A DNA stretch of 64,000 bases. Origin: Alphaproteobacteria bacterium (GTDB taxonomy: Bacteria; Pseudomonadota; Alphaproteobacteria; MPNO01). The stretch spans positions 1,984,001 through 2,048,000 of the forward strand of contig CBDFLJ010000002.1 in NCBI GenBank assembly GCA_965248835.1, read 5' to 3'. Shown here piece by piece: positions 19,043 through 28,429 of the stretch. Each line of letters opens with the position of its first letter. Position 1 is the stretch's first letter. The notes below the pieces were generated by a model. That model did no database searches, was not told where the DNA came from, and saw only the letters and a program-made list of their open reading frames with translations. The translations under genes and the position numbers were made by a program.

Positions 19043-20371
19043 TCAGCGGGTCTTGGCAATGGTCGCGCGCGTGACGGCGCCGTAGAGCACACCCAGCGTT
19101 ACCCCGCGCACGATCATGAAGGCGGTCAAGGACAGCCACAGCCCGTGGTTGCCCCACACGGGGATCATGATCCAGCACGACCCGAGATAGACCGCCAGCG
19201 AGGCGATCATCGCGTTGCGCATCTGGCGGCCGAGCGTGGCGCCGATGAAGATCCCGTCGAGCTGGTAGGCGGCGACCGCGGCCAGCGGCATCGCGACCGA
19301 CCACCACAGGTATGACGCGGCGGTCGTCCTGACCGCCTCGATGCCGGTCAGGAGCGCGATGATCCCCTCGCCCGCCGCGCCGTAGACCAGGGCGAAGGCG
19401 GCGGCACTGGCCAGCGCCCAGATCGAGGAGACCCACACGGCTTCGCGGACCGCGGCACGGTCGCGGGCGCCGACCGCGCGGCCGACCAGCGCCTGGGCGG
19501 CGTGCGCAAACCCGTCCAGGGCATGGGCCATGAAAAGCTGGAAGTTGAGCAGGACCGCATTGGCGGCAAGCACCACGTCGCCCAGCCGCGCGCCCTGGGC
19601 GGTGAAATAGGCGAACGCGAAGACCAGGCAGATCGTCCGCAGGAAGATGTCGAAGTTGAGACCCAGCGTCTGGCGCAGCCGCCCAGGGGCCAGCACAAGC
19701 TCCCGGCTGATCCGGCCGCCGATGGCCGGCCGTGCCCTCAGCGCAAGCCAGACCGCGAGGCCGAACCCCGTATATTCGGCAATCAGCGTGGCCAGCGCGA
19801 CGCCGGCCACGCCCCAGCCGAGGCCGACGACGAAGACCACGTCGAGGACGATGTTGAGCCCGTTCATCCAGATCTGGACGTAGAGCGTCGCTTTGGTGTT
19901 CTGGAGCCCGAGGAACCAGCCGAGGATGACGAAGGTCCCCAGCGCCGCCGGCGCACCCCAGATCCGCGTGGTCACGTAGAGCCTGGCCAGGTCCTCGACC
20001 TCGGCGCTCGCCTCCAGGAGGTCGAAGGCGACGGTAACGATCGCGCCCTGGCCGACCAGCAGGGCTGCCGCGATCGCGCCGGCGATCAGCAGCGCCCGGG
20101 CGCCGGCGGCCAGCACCTCGTCAGCGTCGCGGGCGCCATGCGCCTGAGCGGTAAGCCCGGCGGTGCCCATGCGCAGGAACCCGAAACCCCAATAGAGGAA
20201 ATTGAACACCATCGCGCCGAGCGCCACCGCGCCCAGGTGGCGCGGCTCCGGCAGGTGGCCGACGACCGCGGTATCGACCGCACCCAGCAACGGCACCGAG
20301 ATGTTCGACAGGATGATCGGCAGCGAAAGCCGCCAGACCGCGCGATGGCTTACCGTCGGGGCAGCGGTCAT
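19043..20371 (-). CDS. MATE-family efflux transporter (DinF-like)
   Basis: PIILSNISVPLLGAVDTAVVGHL, FLRMGT, LDGFAHA; about 12 hydrophobic segments. Confidence 0.92.
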   Translation of the reverse strand: MTAAPTVSHRAVWRLSLPIILSNISVPLLGAVDTAVVGHLPEPRHLGAVALGAMVFNFLYWGFGFLRMGTAGLTAQAHGARDADEVLAAGARALLIAGAIAAALLVGQGAIVTVAFDLLEASAEVEDLARLYVTTRIWGAPAALGTFVILGWFLGLQNTKATLYVQIWMNGLNIVLDVVFVVGLGWGVAGVALATLIAEYTGFGLAVWLALRARPAIGGRISRELVLAPGRLRQTLGLNFDIFLRTICLVFAFAYFTAQGARLGDVVLAANAVLLNFQLFMAHALDGFAHAAQALVGRAVGARDRAAVREAVWVSSIWALASAAAFALVYGAAGEGIIALLTGIEAVRTTAASYLWWSVAMPLAAVAAYQLDGIFIGATLGRQMRNAMIASLAVYLGSCWIMIPVWGNHGLWLSLTAFMIVRGVTLGVLYGAVTRATIAKTR

Positions 20372-21585
20372 CGCCGGGATGAGCCGGCGCGCATTCCAAA
20401 GACCGTCATGACGGCGCACATCGAGATGCCCGCCAGCGTCAACAGGCCGAGATCGGGCCGGCCGAGGTCCATCAGCCAGCCGATGGCGGGCGGGCCGGCG
20501 GCGAACCCGAGGCTGAGCCCGGTGGAGGTGTAGCCGAAGGCGAGCCCGATCGATTCGGGCGGCGATGCCGCGCGCACCAGGAGGTCGCGCGAGGGGCTGG
20601 CGATGCCCATCAGGAAGCCGCTAAGCGTGATCGCGATCAAGCCGGTGAGATAGCCGCCCCAACCCGGCGCGATGACCGCCAGGCCGAACGCGCCGCCGGC
20701 GATGGTGGCGGAAACCAGCAGATCGTGGTTGCCGATCCGATCGGCGGCGATCCCGCCCAACAGCACGCCGCCGGCCATCGCGGCGAGATAGGCGGTCAGC
20801 GCGAAATTCCCGGCTTCCTGATCGACGCCGAACAGGTCCATCATCATGATCGCGGCGAACGACGTCGCCCCGCCGACCGTCATCGAGGTCAGCATGAAAT
20901 AGAGGAACAGCGCGATCATGACGGGCGAGACCATCATGGAGACGATCTGCTTTGGGCTCTGCCATTCGCGGTTCCGGCGCGGCAGGGCGGTCCCGCCGCC
21001 GTCCTCGTCGAACGCGGCAGCGCGCCACTGGATCACCGCGGCGATCGCCAGCCCCACCGCACCGAGCGCGATCAGCGCGCCGCGCCAGCCCAACGGGATG
21101 CTGAGCGCCAGCATGGTCACCGGGGCGATCGCCCAGCCGACATAGCCGACGAAGGCATGGACGCTGACCGCGCGGCCGAGATAACCCTCGTCGATGCGCT
21201 GGGACAGGATCGCATAGTCGGCCGGATGAAAGACGCTGTTGGCCAGCCCGGCGATTGCCATCATCGCCATCAGAGGCCAGTAGCCGCCGAAAACCCCGGC
21301 GCCGACGAAGGCCCCGCCCAGGCAGGCCAACCCCAGCACCAGGATCAGCCGCCCTCCGAACCGGTCGACCAGGATGCCGACCGGGATCTGTCCGACGCTG
21401 GACGCAACGGCGAAAGCGGAGATCAACGCCCCCAGCGCGAGGTAGCTTGCCCCCAGCGCCTGGTGCAGTTGCAGGAACAGCGGCGCCAGCGCGATCGAGG
21501 TCAAGTGGCTGTAGCAGTGGCCGGCGCCGATCAGCGAGATGACGATGCGCTGCCCGGCGACGGTCCCGGCAGCTTGCGTGCTCAA
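20368..21585 (-). CDS. MFS transporter
   Basis: GILVDRFGGR motif A, NSVFHPADY, GIAADRIG. Confidence 0.9.
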   Translation of the reverse strand: MSTQAAGTVAGQRIVISLIGAGHCYSHLTSIALAPLFLQLHQALGASYLALGALISAFAVASSVGQIPVGILVDRFGGRLILVLGLACLGGAFVGAGVFGGYWPLMAMMAIAGLANSVFHPADYAILSQRIDEGYLGRAVSVHAFVGYVGWAIAPVTMLALSIPLGWRGALIALGAVGLAIAAVIQWRAAAFDEDGGGTALPRRNREWQSPKQIVSMMVSPVMIALFLYFMLTSMTVGGATSFAAIMMMDLFGVDQEAGNFALTAYLAAMAGGVLLGGIAADRIGNHDLLVSATIAGGAFGLAVIAPGWGGYLTGLIAITLSGFLMGIASPSRDLLVRAASPPESIGLAFGYTSTGLSLGFAAGPPAIGWLMDLGRPDLGLLTLAGISMCAVMTVFGMRAGSSRR

Positions 21586-22142
21586 TTGCCTTGCTCGACG
21601 TCCTTTGCCACCCGCATGCGGACGATCTTGTCGGGGTCGGTCACCACGCCGCCGCGGCGTTCGTCGCCGCGCTTGAGCCGGTCGATGAGCGCCATGCCGG
21701 AGCTCACCTTGCCCCAGACCGTGTACTGGCGGTCGAGATGCGGTGCGGGCGCGAGCATGATGAAGAACTGGCTGTCGGCGCTGTCGGGGTCCTGGGTGCG
21801 CGCCATGGAGGTCACCCCCCGGACATGGGGCGCATCGGAGAACTCCGCCGGGAGCTTGTTGCCCGACCCGCCCGAGCCGGTGCCGGTGGGATCGCCGCCC
21901 TGAGCCATGAAGCCTTCGATCACGCGGTGGAACACGACGCCGTCGTAAAACCCCTCGCGCGTGAGCCGCTTGATCTGCGCGACGTGCTTGGGCGCCAGGT
22001 CGGGGCGCATCTCGATCACCACGCGGCCGGCATCGAGGTCCATGTAGAGCGTATTTTCGAGATCGGCGGCGGGACTATCGGTGGTCATGGTCAGGAACCC
22101 CAGCAGAAGGCCGACGACTGCGGCCGGGTGAAAGCCTCTCAT
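21582..22142 (-). CDS. Cyclophilin-type peptidyl-prolyl cis-trans isomerase
   Basis: FYDGVVFHRVIEGFMAQGGDP, SMART, SQFFI, HLDRQYTVWG; N-terminal signal peptide. Confidence 0.95.
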   Translation of the reverse strand: MRGFHPAAVVGLLLGFLTMTTDSPAADLENTLYMDLDAGRVVIEMRPDLAPKHVAQIKRLTREGFYDGVVFHRVIEGFMAQGGDPTGTGSGGSGNKLPAEFSDAPHVRGVTSMARTQDPDSADSQFFIMLAPAPHLDRQYTVWGKVSSGMALIDRLKRGDERRGGVVTDPDKIVRMRVAKDVEQGN

Positions 22143-22199
22143 GGCACCTCGCAGTCCGATCGGCTGGCTGTGCGCAACTTAGCGGAGCCTCGGCGCGCG

Positions 22200-23195
22200 T
22201 CAAACGCGGAACACGCTCTGAACTTCCTTGAGATACAGGTCCTCGGGCTTGAGTTCCCTGTGGCAAAGGCCTTGCTCGAAGCAGTATTGCAGGAAGGCCT
22301 CGATGGTGGTCCGGTTGGGCTCGATGCCGTAGGGCCAGTAGTCGCCGCCCGGGAAAATCTCCTCGCCCAGCGTGGCGAGCGTGTCGTAGATCCACGGCAC
22401 CGGGATCTGCGAATGGGTGATGCTGCGCAGCCGCTCGATGCTGCGGCGTTTGGCGTCCTCGAACCCGTTGAGGAGGTTCATCGCGATCCACGGGTTGCGC
22501 TCGTAGGTCTGCCGCTTGATCGCGACCGTGTGCATGATCGGATAGATCCCGGTGCGCCTGAAATAGTCTTCCTCGGCGCTGCGGTAATCGGCAATCAGCC
22601 GCTTGATTCCCGGATCGCCGTCAAGGAACCGGCGCGGCGGGCGGGCGGAAACCAGGGCGTCGATGTCGCCGGCGATCAGCATCTCGCTGAGCGAGCGGTC
22701 GGCCACCTGGCGGTAGCGGATGTTGTCGGGCAGCTTCAGGTGGGCAAGCTCGATACGGCCCGGCTCGTTGACGCCGGCCTGCACCCATTCCACCGCATCG
22801 AGCGGGATGCCGACATCGTGCGCCAGCCAGCCGCGGGCATAGACGGTCGCGGTCTGCGACCATTCCGGGATGCCGATGCGCTTGTCGGCAAGGTCGGCGG
22901 GCGTCTGGACCGGGCCGTCGGTCCTGACATACCACGCCGAGTGGCGGAAGACGCGGCTGACCATGACGGGAATGCCGACGATCGGCGGATCGGGCTGGGA
23001 CATGAGCGAGCAGTATTTGGCGAACGACAACTCCGAGACGTCCCACTCGAAGGAGCTGGCAAAGCGGAAGAAGATCTCCTCGACGTCCAGATTGAGCCAG
23101 GTCAACTCGATGCCTTCCGCCTTGACCTTGCCCTGCAACAGATCGCGGGTGTGGTCGTACTCGTCCATCGCAAGGGTAAGGTGAATGTCGGCCAT
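22200..23195 (-). CDS. 4,5-dihydroxyphthalate decarboxylase-like protein
   Basis: YDHTRDL, EEIFFR, DVSELS, RVFRHS, GIPEWSQTA, GIYPIMH, WPYGIEPNR. Confidence 0.82.
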   Translation of the reverse strand: MADIHLTLAMDEYDHTRDLLQGKVKAEGIELTWLNLDVEEIFFRFASSFEWDVSELSFAKYCSLMSQPDPPIVGIPVMVSRVFRHSAWYVRTDGPVQTPADLADKRIGIPEWSQTATVYARGWLAHDVGIPLDAVEWVQAGVNEPGRIELAHLKLPDNIRYRQVADRSLSEMLIAGDIDALVSARPPRRFLDGDPGIKRLIADYRSAEEDYFRRTGIYPIMHTVAIKRQTYERNPWIAMNLLNGFEDAKRRSIERLRSITHSQIPVPWIYDTLATLGEEIFPGGDYWPYGIEPNRTTIEAFLQYCFEQGLCHRELKPEDLYLKEVQSVFRV

Positions 23196-23345
23196 CGCTG
23201 TCCCCGCCTGCCGGTTTCCGGTCGCGGGGCGAGAGTGCATGCTCGCCGCCACGCTGGCAATGGGCGGCGAGGAAGCGGGTGCGGGCGCGGCACATGCGCG
23301 CTATGCTCTTCACCGAGACCGAAGACCCGCGGGGAGCGGACCAGG

Positions 23346-24257
23346 ATGTCGAAACGACCGCAGATCGATCCGCAGGCGGCCAAGGAAGAGATCGTCGCCT
23401 ATTGCAAGCGCAAGGGCGCGCTGGCGGTCGGCGTCGCCGACGTCGAGGCGCTGGAGAGGATCGCCCCGCCGGGCCACCGGCCGTCGGACCTCATGCCCAA
23501 GGTGAAATCGGTGATCGCACTGGGCGTCGGCGGGCAGACCCAGGGCGCCTGGGCGCTGCCGGCCAAGGCCCTGGGCTATTTCGGCAGCACCGAGACCAGG
23601 GCGTATTCGATCTCCTACGGCTGCGCGTTCTTCATCGAGAACAGGTTCGGCAAGCGCGCAGTCTATTGTCCGCCGGACATGGACACCGAGTCCGGGCCGC
23701 GCGTGCCGTTGCAGAGCCTGAAGCTCCATGCCGAGGTGGCCGGGATCGGCGCCCGGTCGCTTGCCGGCGACATCCTGCTGCACCCGGAGTTCGGCTACAT
23801 GTATTTCGCCTCGGTCTTTACCGAGCTCGCGCTTCCGCCCGATTCGCCGATGGAGGACAACCCCTGCCCCGCGCCGTCCTGCGTCAGCCTCTACCGCAAG
23901 ACCGGCCAGACGCCGTGCATGAAGTTCTGCCCGGTCCAGTGCCTGTCGGGCGAGATCGACGCGGACGGCAACCAGGCGATGATGCGCTACGACATGGCGG
24001 CATGCGCGGAGATGACCCAGCAGTTCGAGGCGGTTCCCTCGATGATCGCCGATGCGGTGACCGCCGAGGACGCCCAGGCGCGCGAGGATGCGCTGTTCGA
24101 CGCCGACAACAAGATCCTCTGGTACAAGATGTCGGTCGGCACCGGAGGGTTGTTGGGTCAATGTTTCGAATGCATGCGGGTCTGTCCGATCGCCAACCAG
24201 GCGCCGATGGCCGATCCGATCCGCCGCTTCGAGACGGCGCTCGAAGCCGAAGACTGA
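23346..24257 (+). CDS. QueG/reductive-dehalogenase-like 2x[4Fe-4S] protein (putatively cobalamin-binding)
   Basis: VGVAD, KSVIALG, KLHAEVAGIG...LLHPEFG...VFTELALPPD, C-x4-C...C-x3-CP, isolated C, C-x2-C-x3-CP; GGAG RBS. Confidence 0.8.
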   Translation: MSKRPQIDPQAAKEEIVAYCKRKGALAVGVADVEALERIAPPGHRPSDLMPKVKSVIALGVGGQTQGAWALPAKALGYFGSTETRAYSISYGCAFFIENRFGKRAVYCPPDMDTESGPRVPLQSLKLHAEVAGIGARSLAGDILLHPEFGYMYFASVFTELALPPDSPMEDNPCPAPSCVSLYRKTGQTPCMKFCPVQCLSGEIDADGNQAMMRYDMAACAEMTQQFEAVPSMIADAVTAEDAQAREDALFDADNKILWYKMSVGTGGLLGQCFECMRVCPIANQAPMADPIRRFETALEAED

Positions 24258-24260
24258 GCG

Positions 24261-25763
24261 ATGACCCGCGGGCTCAACCGGCGCCAGATGGGCCTGACCG
24301 AGGCAATGGTCGAGGCCTACGGCGATACCGTCTGGGAGCTCAGCCACAACATCCAGGTCCGCATCGGCGATCCCGTCCGAATGCTCGACTGGGAGCAGAT
24401 CGAGCGCCAGCGGCCGGGCACCGGCATGTCCGATGGACAGATCGCCGAGAAGATCGGACTGACCCGCGATCAGGTCACCCATATCCGGCTCCTGCTCGAA
24501 CACCGCCGTTTCCAGCGCGACCATTACCACCGCCTCTACAAGCTGGGCGGCGGCAAGCGCTACCGGGCGGACCGCCGGGACGGCCCCGAGGATCGGCAAC
24601 CGCTGAGCGATCAAGCGATGGCGCTGCGCGAGGCGCTCGACTTCGACCCGCGTGAGGTCGACCGCTATCTGCGCACCGGGCTGTGGGCGGCATCGACTCC
24701 GGCGAGCCGGCTGCGGGCGCTGGCCGCCGATCTCGGCGACCGGCCTGCGCTGATCACCGCCGCGGGCACGCTCGACTATGCCGCGCTGCACGCCGATGCG
24801 GAGCGCGCCGCCTGCCGGATGAGGCAGCGCGGACTCGGGCGGGGCGAGGTCGTCGCGGTGGAGGTCGTCGCGGTGGAGGTCGGCGCGCTGGCGCCGCTGG
24901 TGCTGGCCTATTGCGCGGTATCGCTCGCCGGCGCGGTGCTTTGCGTGCTGCCCGCCGGCCTCGGCGAGAAAGCGCGGCGCGACTGCCTGACCAGGGCCTC
25001 GGCGGTCGGGCTGTTCGCCGACCTCGCCGAGGGGGCGCCGGACGAGGACGCGCCAGCCGAACCGGAGCCCGCCCCGGTCGCCAGCGACCCGTTGGCGGTG
25101 CTGTTCGCCGAGCCCGGCACGCCGCGCGCCGTCGTCCACAATTCCCATACCCTGCTCGCCGGTATCGACGCGGTCGCGGCCGGCTACGGCCTGTCGGCGG
25201 ACGACCGTCTGGCGGTCGGCAGCGGCGTCGACGGGGCGGCGGCGCTGGTGGCAGTCAACCTCGCGCTTGCCAGCGGTGCGGCGCTCGACGACACCGGCGG
25301 CCGCGCGACGGTGGCGTTCTGCGCCGACGGCGCCGCGCCGCCATCGTCCGCCGATCTGAGGCTGGTCGTTGCGACCGGCCGGGAAGCGGCCGCGCTCGAA
25401 GCCCGCCTGGGCACCGTCCCGGTCTGCCGCGCTTGCATGAGTGCGGAGGCCCAGCTCATGTTCACGGCCAGGCCCGAAGACGACGCGGCGGTCCGCCACG
25501 CGACCGTCGGGATGCCGAACCCCGCGATGTCGGCCCGCGTCGTCGCCGATGACGGCGATGTCCTGGCGGCGGGCAGCGAAGGCGCGCTCGAGATCCGCGG
25601 CGCGAACCTCGCCCCGTCCTATCTCGGCGACGACAGGGCGAACCGCACCGCGTTCAGCGGCGATCGCTGGCTGCGCACCGGGCTTCGCTGCGTGATCCAT
25701 CCCGGCGGTGCGGTCGAACCGCTGGATGGAATTCCGGCTGTTCAATTTCGCCGCTCGGGTTGA
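24261..25763 (+). CDS. HTH-like domain fused to a degenerate AMP-binding (acyl-CoA ligase) domain
   Basis: GMSDGQIAEKIGLTRDQVTHIRLL; then ligase-like YLRTGLW...DRPAL, GLGRGEVV, GTPRAVVH, TVGMP, GALEIRG, WLRTG; C-terminal subdomain missing. Confidence 0.7.
   Translation: MTRGLNRRQMGLTEAMVEAYGDTVWELSHNIQVRIGDPVRMLDWEQIERQRPGTGMSDGQIAEKIGLTRDQVTHIRLLLEHRRFQRDHYHRLYKLGGGKRYRADRRDGPEDRQPLSDQAMALREALDFDPREVDRYLRTGLWAASTPASRLRALAADLGDRPALITAAGTLDYAALHADAERAACRMRQRGLGRGEVVAVEVVAVEVGALAPLVLAYCAVSLAGAVLCVLPAGLGEKARRDCLTRASAVGLFADLAEGAPDEDAPAEPEPAPVASDPLAVLFAEPGTPRAVVHNSHTLLAGIDAVAAGYGLSADDRLAVGSGVDGAAALVAVNLALASGAALDDTGGRATVAFCADGAAPPSSADLRLVVATGREAAALEARLGTVPVCRACMSAEAQLMFTARPEDDAAVRHATVGMPNPAMSARVVADDGDVLAAGSEGALEIRGANLAPSYLGDDRANRTAFSGDRWLRTGLRCVIHPGGAVEPLDGIPAVQFRRSG
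24846..24882 (+). repeat. In-frame 15-bp tandem duplication
   Basis: GAGGTCGTCGCGGTG x2 plus partial third copy (EVVAV-EVVAV-EV). Confidence 0.85.
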
Positions 25764-25822
25764 GAGATCGATCAACCGGACCGGCCGCGCCGCCTGACCC
25801 GGGCGGGGGGAGGATTTCAGCT

Positions 25823-26509
25823 ATGGATCTCGTGGTCGCGCCGCTGCCGCCGCCGACCGTGGGCGTCGCGGGCCAATCGGCGCGGTTCCCGGTCCGCCGG
25901 ATCTACACGATCGGCCGGAACTATGCCGCCCATGCGCGCGAAACCGGCCTCGGCGGGGCGGCCGGCTCGAAACCCGGCATATCGCTCAAACCGGCGGACT
26001 CGATCGCAGCCGCCGGGCGGATCGCCTACCCGCCCGGCACCGACCGGCTGGAGCCGGAGGTCGAGATGGTCGTGGCGATCGGTACCGGCGGGGCCGACAT
26101 CGCACGGCCGGACGCGCTCGGCCATGTTTATGGCTATGCGGTCGGGTTCGACCTGATCCGCCGCGACATCATGCACGCCTGCATCGCAGACCAGCACTCC
26201 TGGGACCTCTGCAAGAGCTTCGACGGCGCCTCTCCGATCAGCGCGATCGCCCCGGCCGCGGCCATCGGCCACCCCGATAGCGGCGCGATAACGCTGGACA
26301 TCAACGGAACCGTGCGCCAGCGCGGCGACCTCTCGGACATGATCTGGGACGTGCCGGAGATCATCGTACGCCTGTCCGCGCTCAGCCGGCTGGAGCCCGG
26401 CGACCTGGTGTATACCGGCACGCCCAAGGGGCCCGGACCGGTGGTGCGCGGCGACCGCCTCGATGGAAGGGTGGACGGGATCGCCACGCTGTCGGTCACG
26501 ATCGTGTGA
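25823..26509 (+). CDS. Fumarylacetoacetate-hydrolase family protein (NagK-like)
   Basis: FPVRRIYTIGRNYAAH, EVEMVV, GYAVGFD, KSFD, GDLVYTGTP; GGAGGA RBS. Confidence 0.9.
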   Translation: MDLVVAPLPPPTVGVAGQSARFPVRRIYTIGRNYAAHARETGLGGAAGSKPGISLKPADSIAAAGRIAYPPGTDRLEPEVEMVVAIGTGGADIARPDALGHVYGYAVGFDLIRRDIMHACIADQHSWDLCKSFDGASPISAIAPAAAIGHPDSGAITLDINGTVRQRGDLSDMIWDVPEIIVRLSALSRLEPGDLVYTGTPKGPGPVVRGDRLDGRVDGIATLSVTIV

Positions 26510-26627
26510 ATGCCCGGCGCGCGGCGGCGGGATCGGTGATTTCGCGCCGTGCGTTTTTCGATCCCGCGCATCGCCGCTCACCCGTTCTCGGCTTAACAAC
26601 CTCATGATGCCGCGCTACCATCACTCC

Positions 26628-27911
26628 ATGGATGGGGATGAGCGCGCAGACCGGGGCGCAACCGACCTCGAGAACGCGGCTGCGGTCTGGCTGAAAACGG
26701 GCTATGTGCCGAGCCTTCGCGGACCCGGGCCGGGTGTGTTTGCTCTCGGGCTGGCCGGGTTCGCGGGTGTGCTGGCTTTGCTGTTCCCGGGACCGGACGC
26801 CGCCTTTGGCGCCGGACTGGCCGCCGGTGCCGGCACCCTGGCCTTCGCCCTGAAATCACGGCCATACCGGCAGGAATCCGTGCTGCTGGTCGCGATGGCG
26901 GTGCTGATCATCGTCTGGGTCTCATGCCTGAAGTCGACGCCCGCATTCGATGGCACGCTGAACCGCATCGCCGCCATCGGCGCGGCCTGCGTGATCGTCG
27001 GGCTGGCCCGTTTCGTCGCGCTCCGCCGCCATGCGCTGCAATCCATCGCCGAGGCGAGTGCGGATTGGACCGTCGGCGACATGGTCGCCTATGCGGAGTT
27101 CCTGCTCGACCGGCGGCCCTGCCCGGGCGCCGACGACGCGGCGCGGGCGCTCTACCAGCGGGCAGCGGAAATGCTGCTGGACAAACCCTGGCACGAACGG
27201 CGCGACATCAAGGTGATCGAACGCTTCGCGGGCCTGCTGAGCGAGCGGGCGCCGAGCGCCGCGGATATGGACGTCGCCCGCATCTGGCGCGACCACGCGC
27301 GCGCACTGGGCGCGTTCGCCATCGACACCGACGAGCCCGCCCCCGGCGCCCCGCGCAATGTCTACGAAGCCGATGACAGGAACCCACGGACGGGTTTCGA
27401 TGATTTCGGCTTCCGCCGCGGCATCCCGGTGTGGCGGCTCAAAGTGGCCAACCCGGATTCCCTGCTGGACGGCGAGGCGGTGTTCCGCGCGTTCCTGCTG
27501 CCGGAGGGGGCGCTGCTGGCGTGCCTGGTCCGGTTCGAGAGCGTGGTCGACCGCACCGTGCTGGTCCATCGGGTGTTCGACGTCTCCGATCCGTCGGTGG
27601 AGACCTATATGGCCGGGTCGGAGCACCATCTGCGTTGGCGCATCGAGATGTATGACGCCAAGCAGGTCGGCAGCACCGACCTCGTTCCGGCGCGCGAGCC
27701 CGATGCCGTGCGCGAGGTCGACCTGAAAGACAGCGGCCTGATGGCCGCGTTCGAGCAGGTGCTGGCCCACAACGCGGCGCTCGGGGTGCATGCCGACATC
27801 GGATCGGCCTACGCCTTCCTGACCGCGACCTTCCGGGAATACACGGCGAGCTACGGCATCGAAGCCGCGTGGTCAGCCCTGGAAGCCGCCTGCGCGCGGG
27901 TATCCGATTAG
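26628..27911 (+). CDS. Hypothetical membrane protein (about 4 N-terminal TM segments plus soluble domain)
   Basis: Long ORF with coding-like codon use and four hydrophobic stretches; no recognised motif; start uncertain (26604 or 26628). Confidence 0.65.
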   Translation: MDGDERADRGATDLENAAAVWLKTGYVPSLRGPGPGVFALGLAGFAGVLALLFPGPDAAFGAGLAAGAGTLAFALKSRPYRQESVLLVAMAVLIIVWVSCLKSTPAFDGTLNRIAAIGAACVIVGLARFVALRRHALQSIAEASADWTVGDMVAYAEFLLDRRPCPGADDAARALYQRAAEMLLDKPWHERRDIKVIERFAGLLSERAPSAADMDVARIWRDHARALGAFAIDTDEPAPGAPRNVYEADDRNPRTGFDDFGFRRGIPVWRLKVANPDSLLDGEAVFRAFLLPEGALLACLVRFESVVDRTVLVHRVFDVSDPSVETYMAGSEHHLRWRIEMYDAKQVGSTDLVPAREPDAVREVDLKDSGLMAAFEQVLAHNAALGVHADIGSAYAFLTATFREYTASYGIEAAWSALEAACARVSD

Positions 27912-28429
27912 CCGGTCCCGCTGCCGATCCCCCGGACCAGCGCCTCGGGGACGACGGCGCAGGCGCCGACCCGGGCGGCGGCAAGCTGCCCGGCCGACAG
28001 GTCGAGGACCGCGCCCAGATCCATGCGATCGAACAGCGCTTCGTGGAGGCGGGCGCCCAGCAAGCTCGCGCCGGCGAGCCGCGCGCCGGCCATGTTGGCG
28101 CCGGTCAAATCGGCCCGGACAAGCTCGGCATCCCTCAGGTCGGCATCGCGCAGGTCGGCATGTTTGAGATCGGTGTCATGGAGGAACGCTCCGCGCAAGT
28201 CCGCGTGCGCGAAATCCGCCCCCTGCAGCCGCGCCCGGCGCAGCTCGGCCCGGCGCAGACTGGCGCCGGCAAAGATCGCCCCATCCAGCGTGTGGCCGTG
28301 GAGGTTCACGCCATCGAGCGCGGCATCACGGAAGTCGGCCCGGGCACCGCTGCCGCCCCGGCTCAGCACCCAGGCCAGGTGCTGCTGGAAAAGCCGTTGG
28401 AACGCCGCGCCGGCGATCGGTCGGTTCAT
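27908..28429 (-). CDS. Pentapeptide repeat protein
   Basis: HLAW...GARADF then tandem A(D/N)Lxx repeats; GAGGAG RBS. Confidence 0.88.
   Translation of the reverse strand: MNRPIAGAAFQRLFQQHLAWVLSRGGSGARADFRDAALDGVNLHGHTLDGAIFAGASLRRAELRRARLQGADFAHADLRGAFLHDTDLKHADLRDADLRDAELVRADLTGANMAGARLAGASLLGARLHEALFDRMDLGAVLDLSAGQLAAARVGACAVVPEALVRGIGSGTG

Noticed and set aside
21591-24257. 888-aa ORF
   Set aside because: The first part is antisense to the cyclophilin and decarboxylase-like genes; the real gene starts at 23346 behind an RBS
23346-24257. Assigning the symbol queG or rdhA
   Set aside because: The QueG DYH motif, a Tat signal and rdhB are all missing; only superfamily-level similarity is supported
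27990-28330. Periodic DNA resembling a repeat array or CRISPR
   Set aside because: Explained by pentapeptide-repeat coding; no identical repeats with unique spacers and no cas genes in the window
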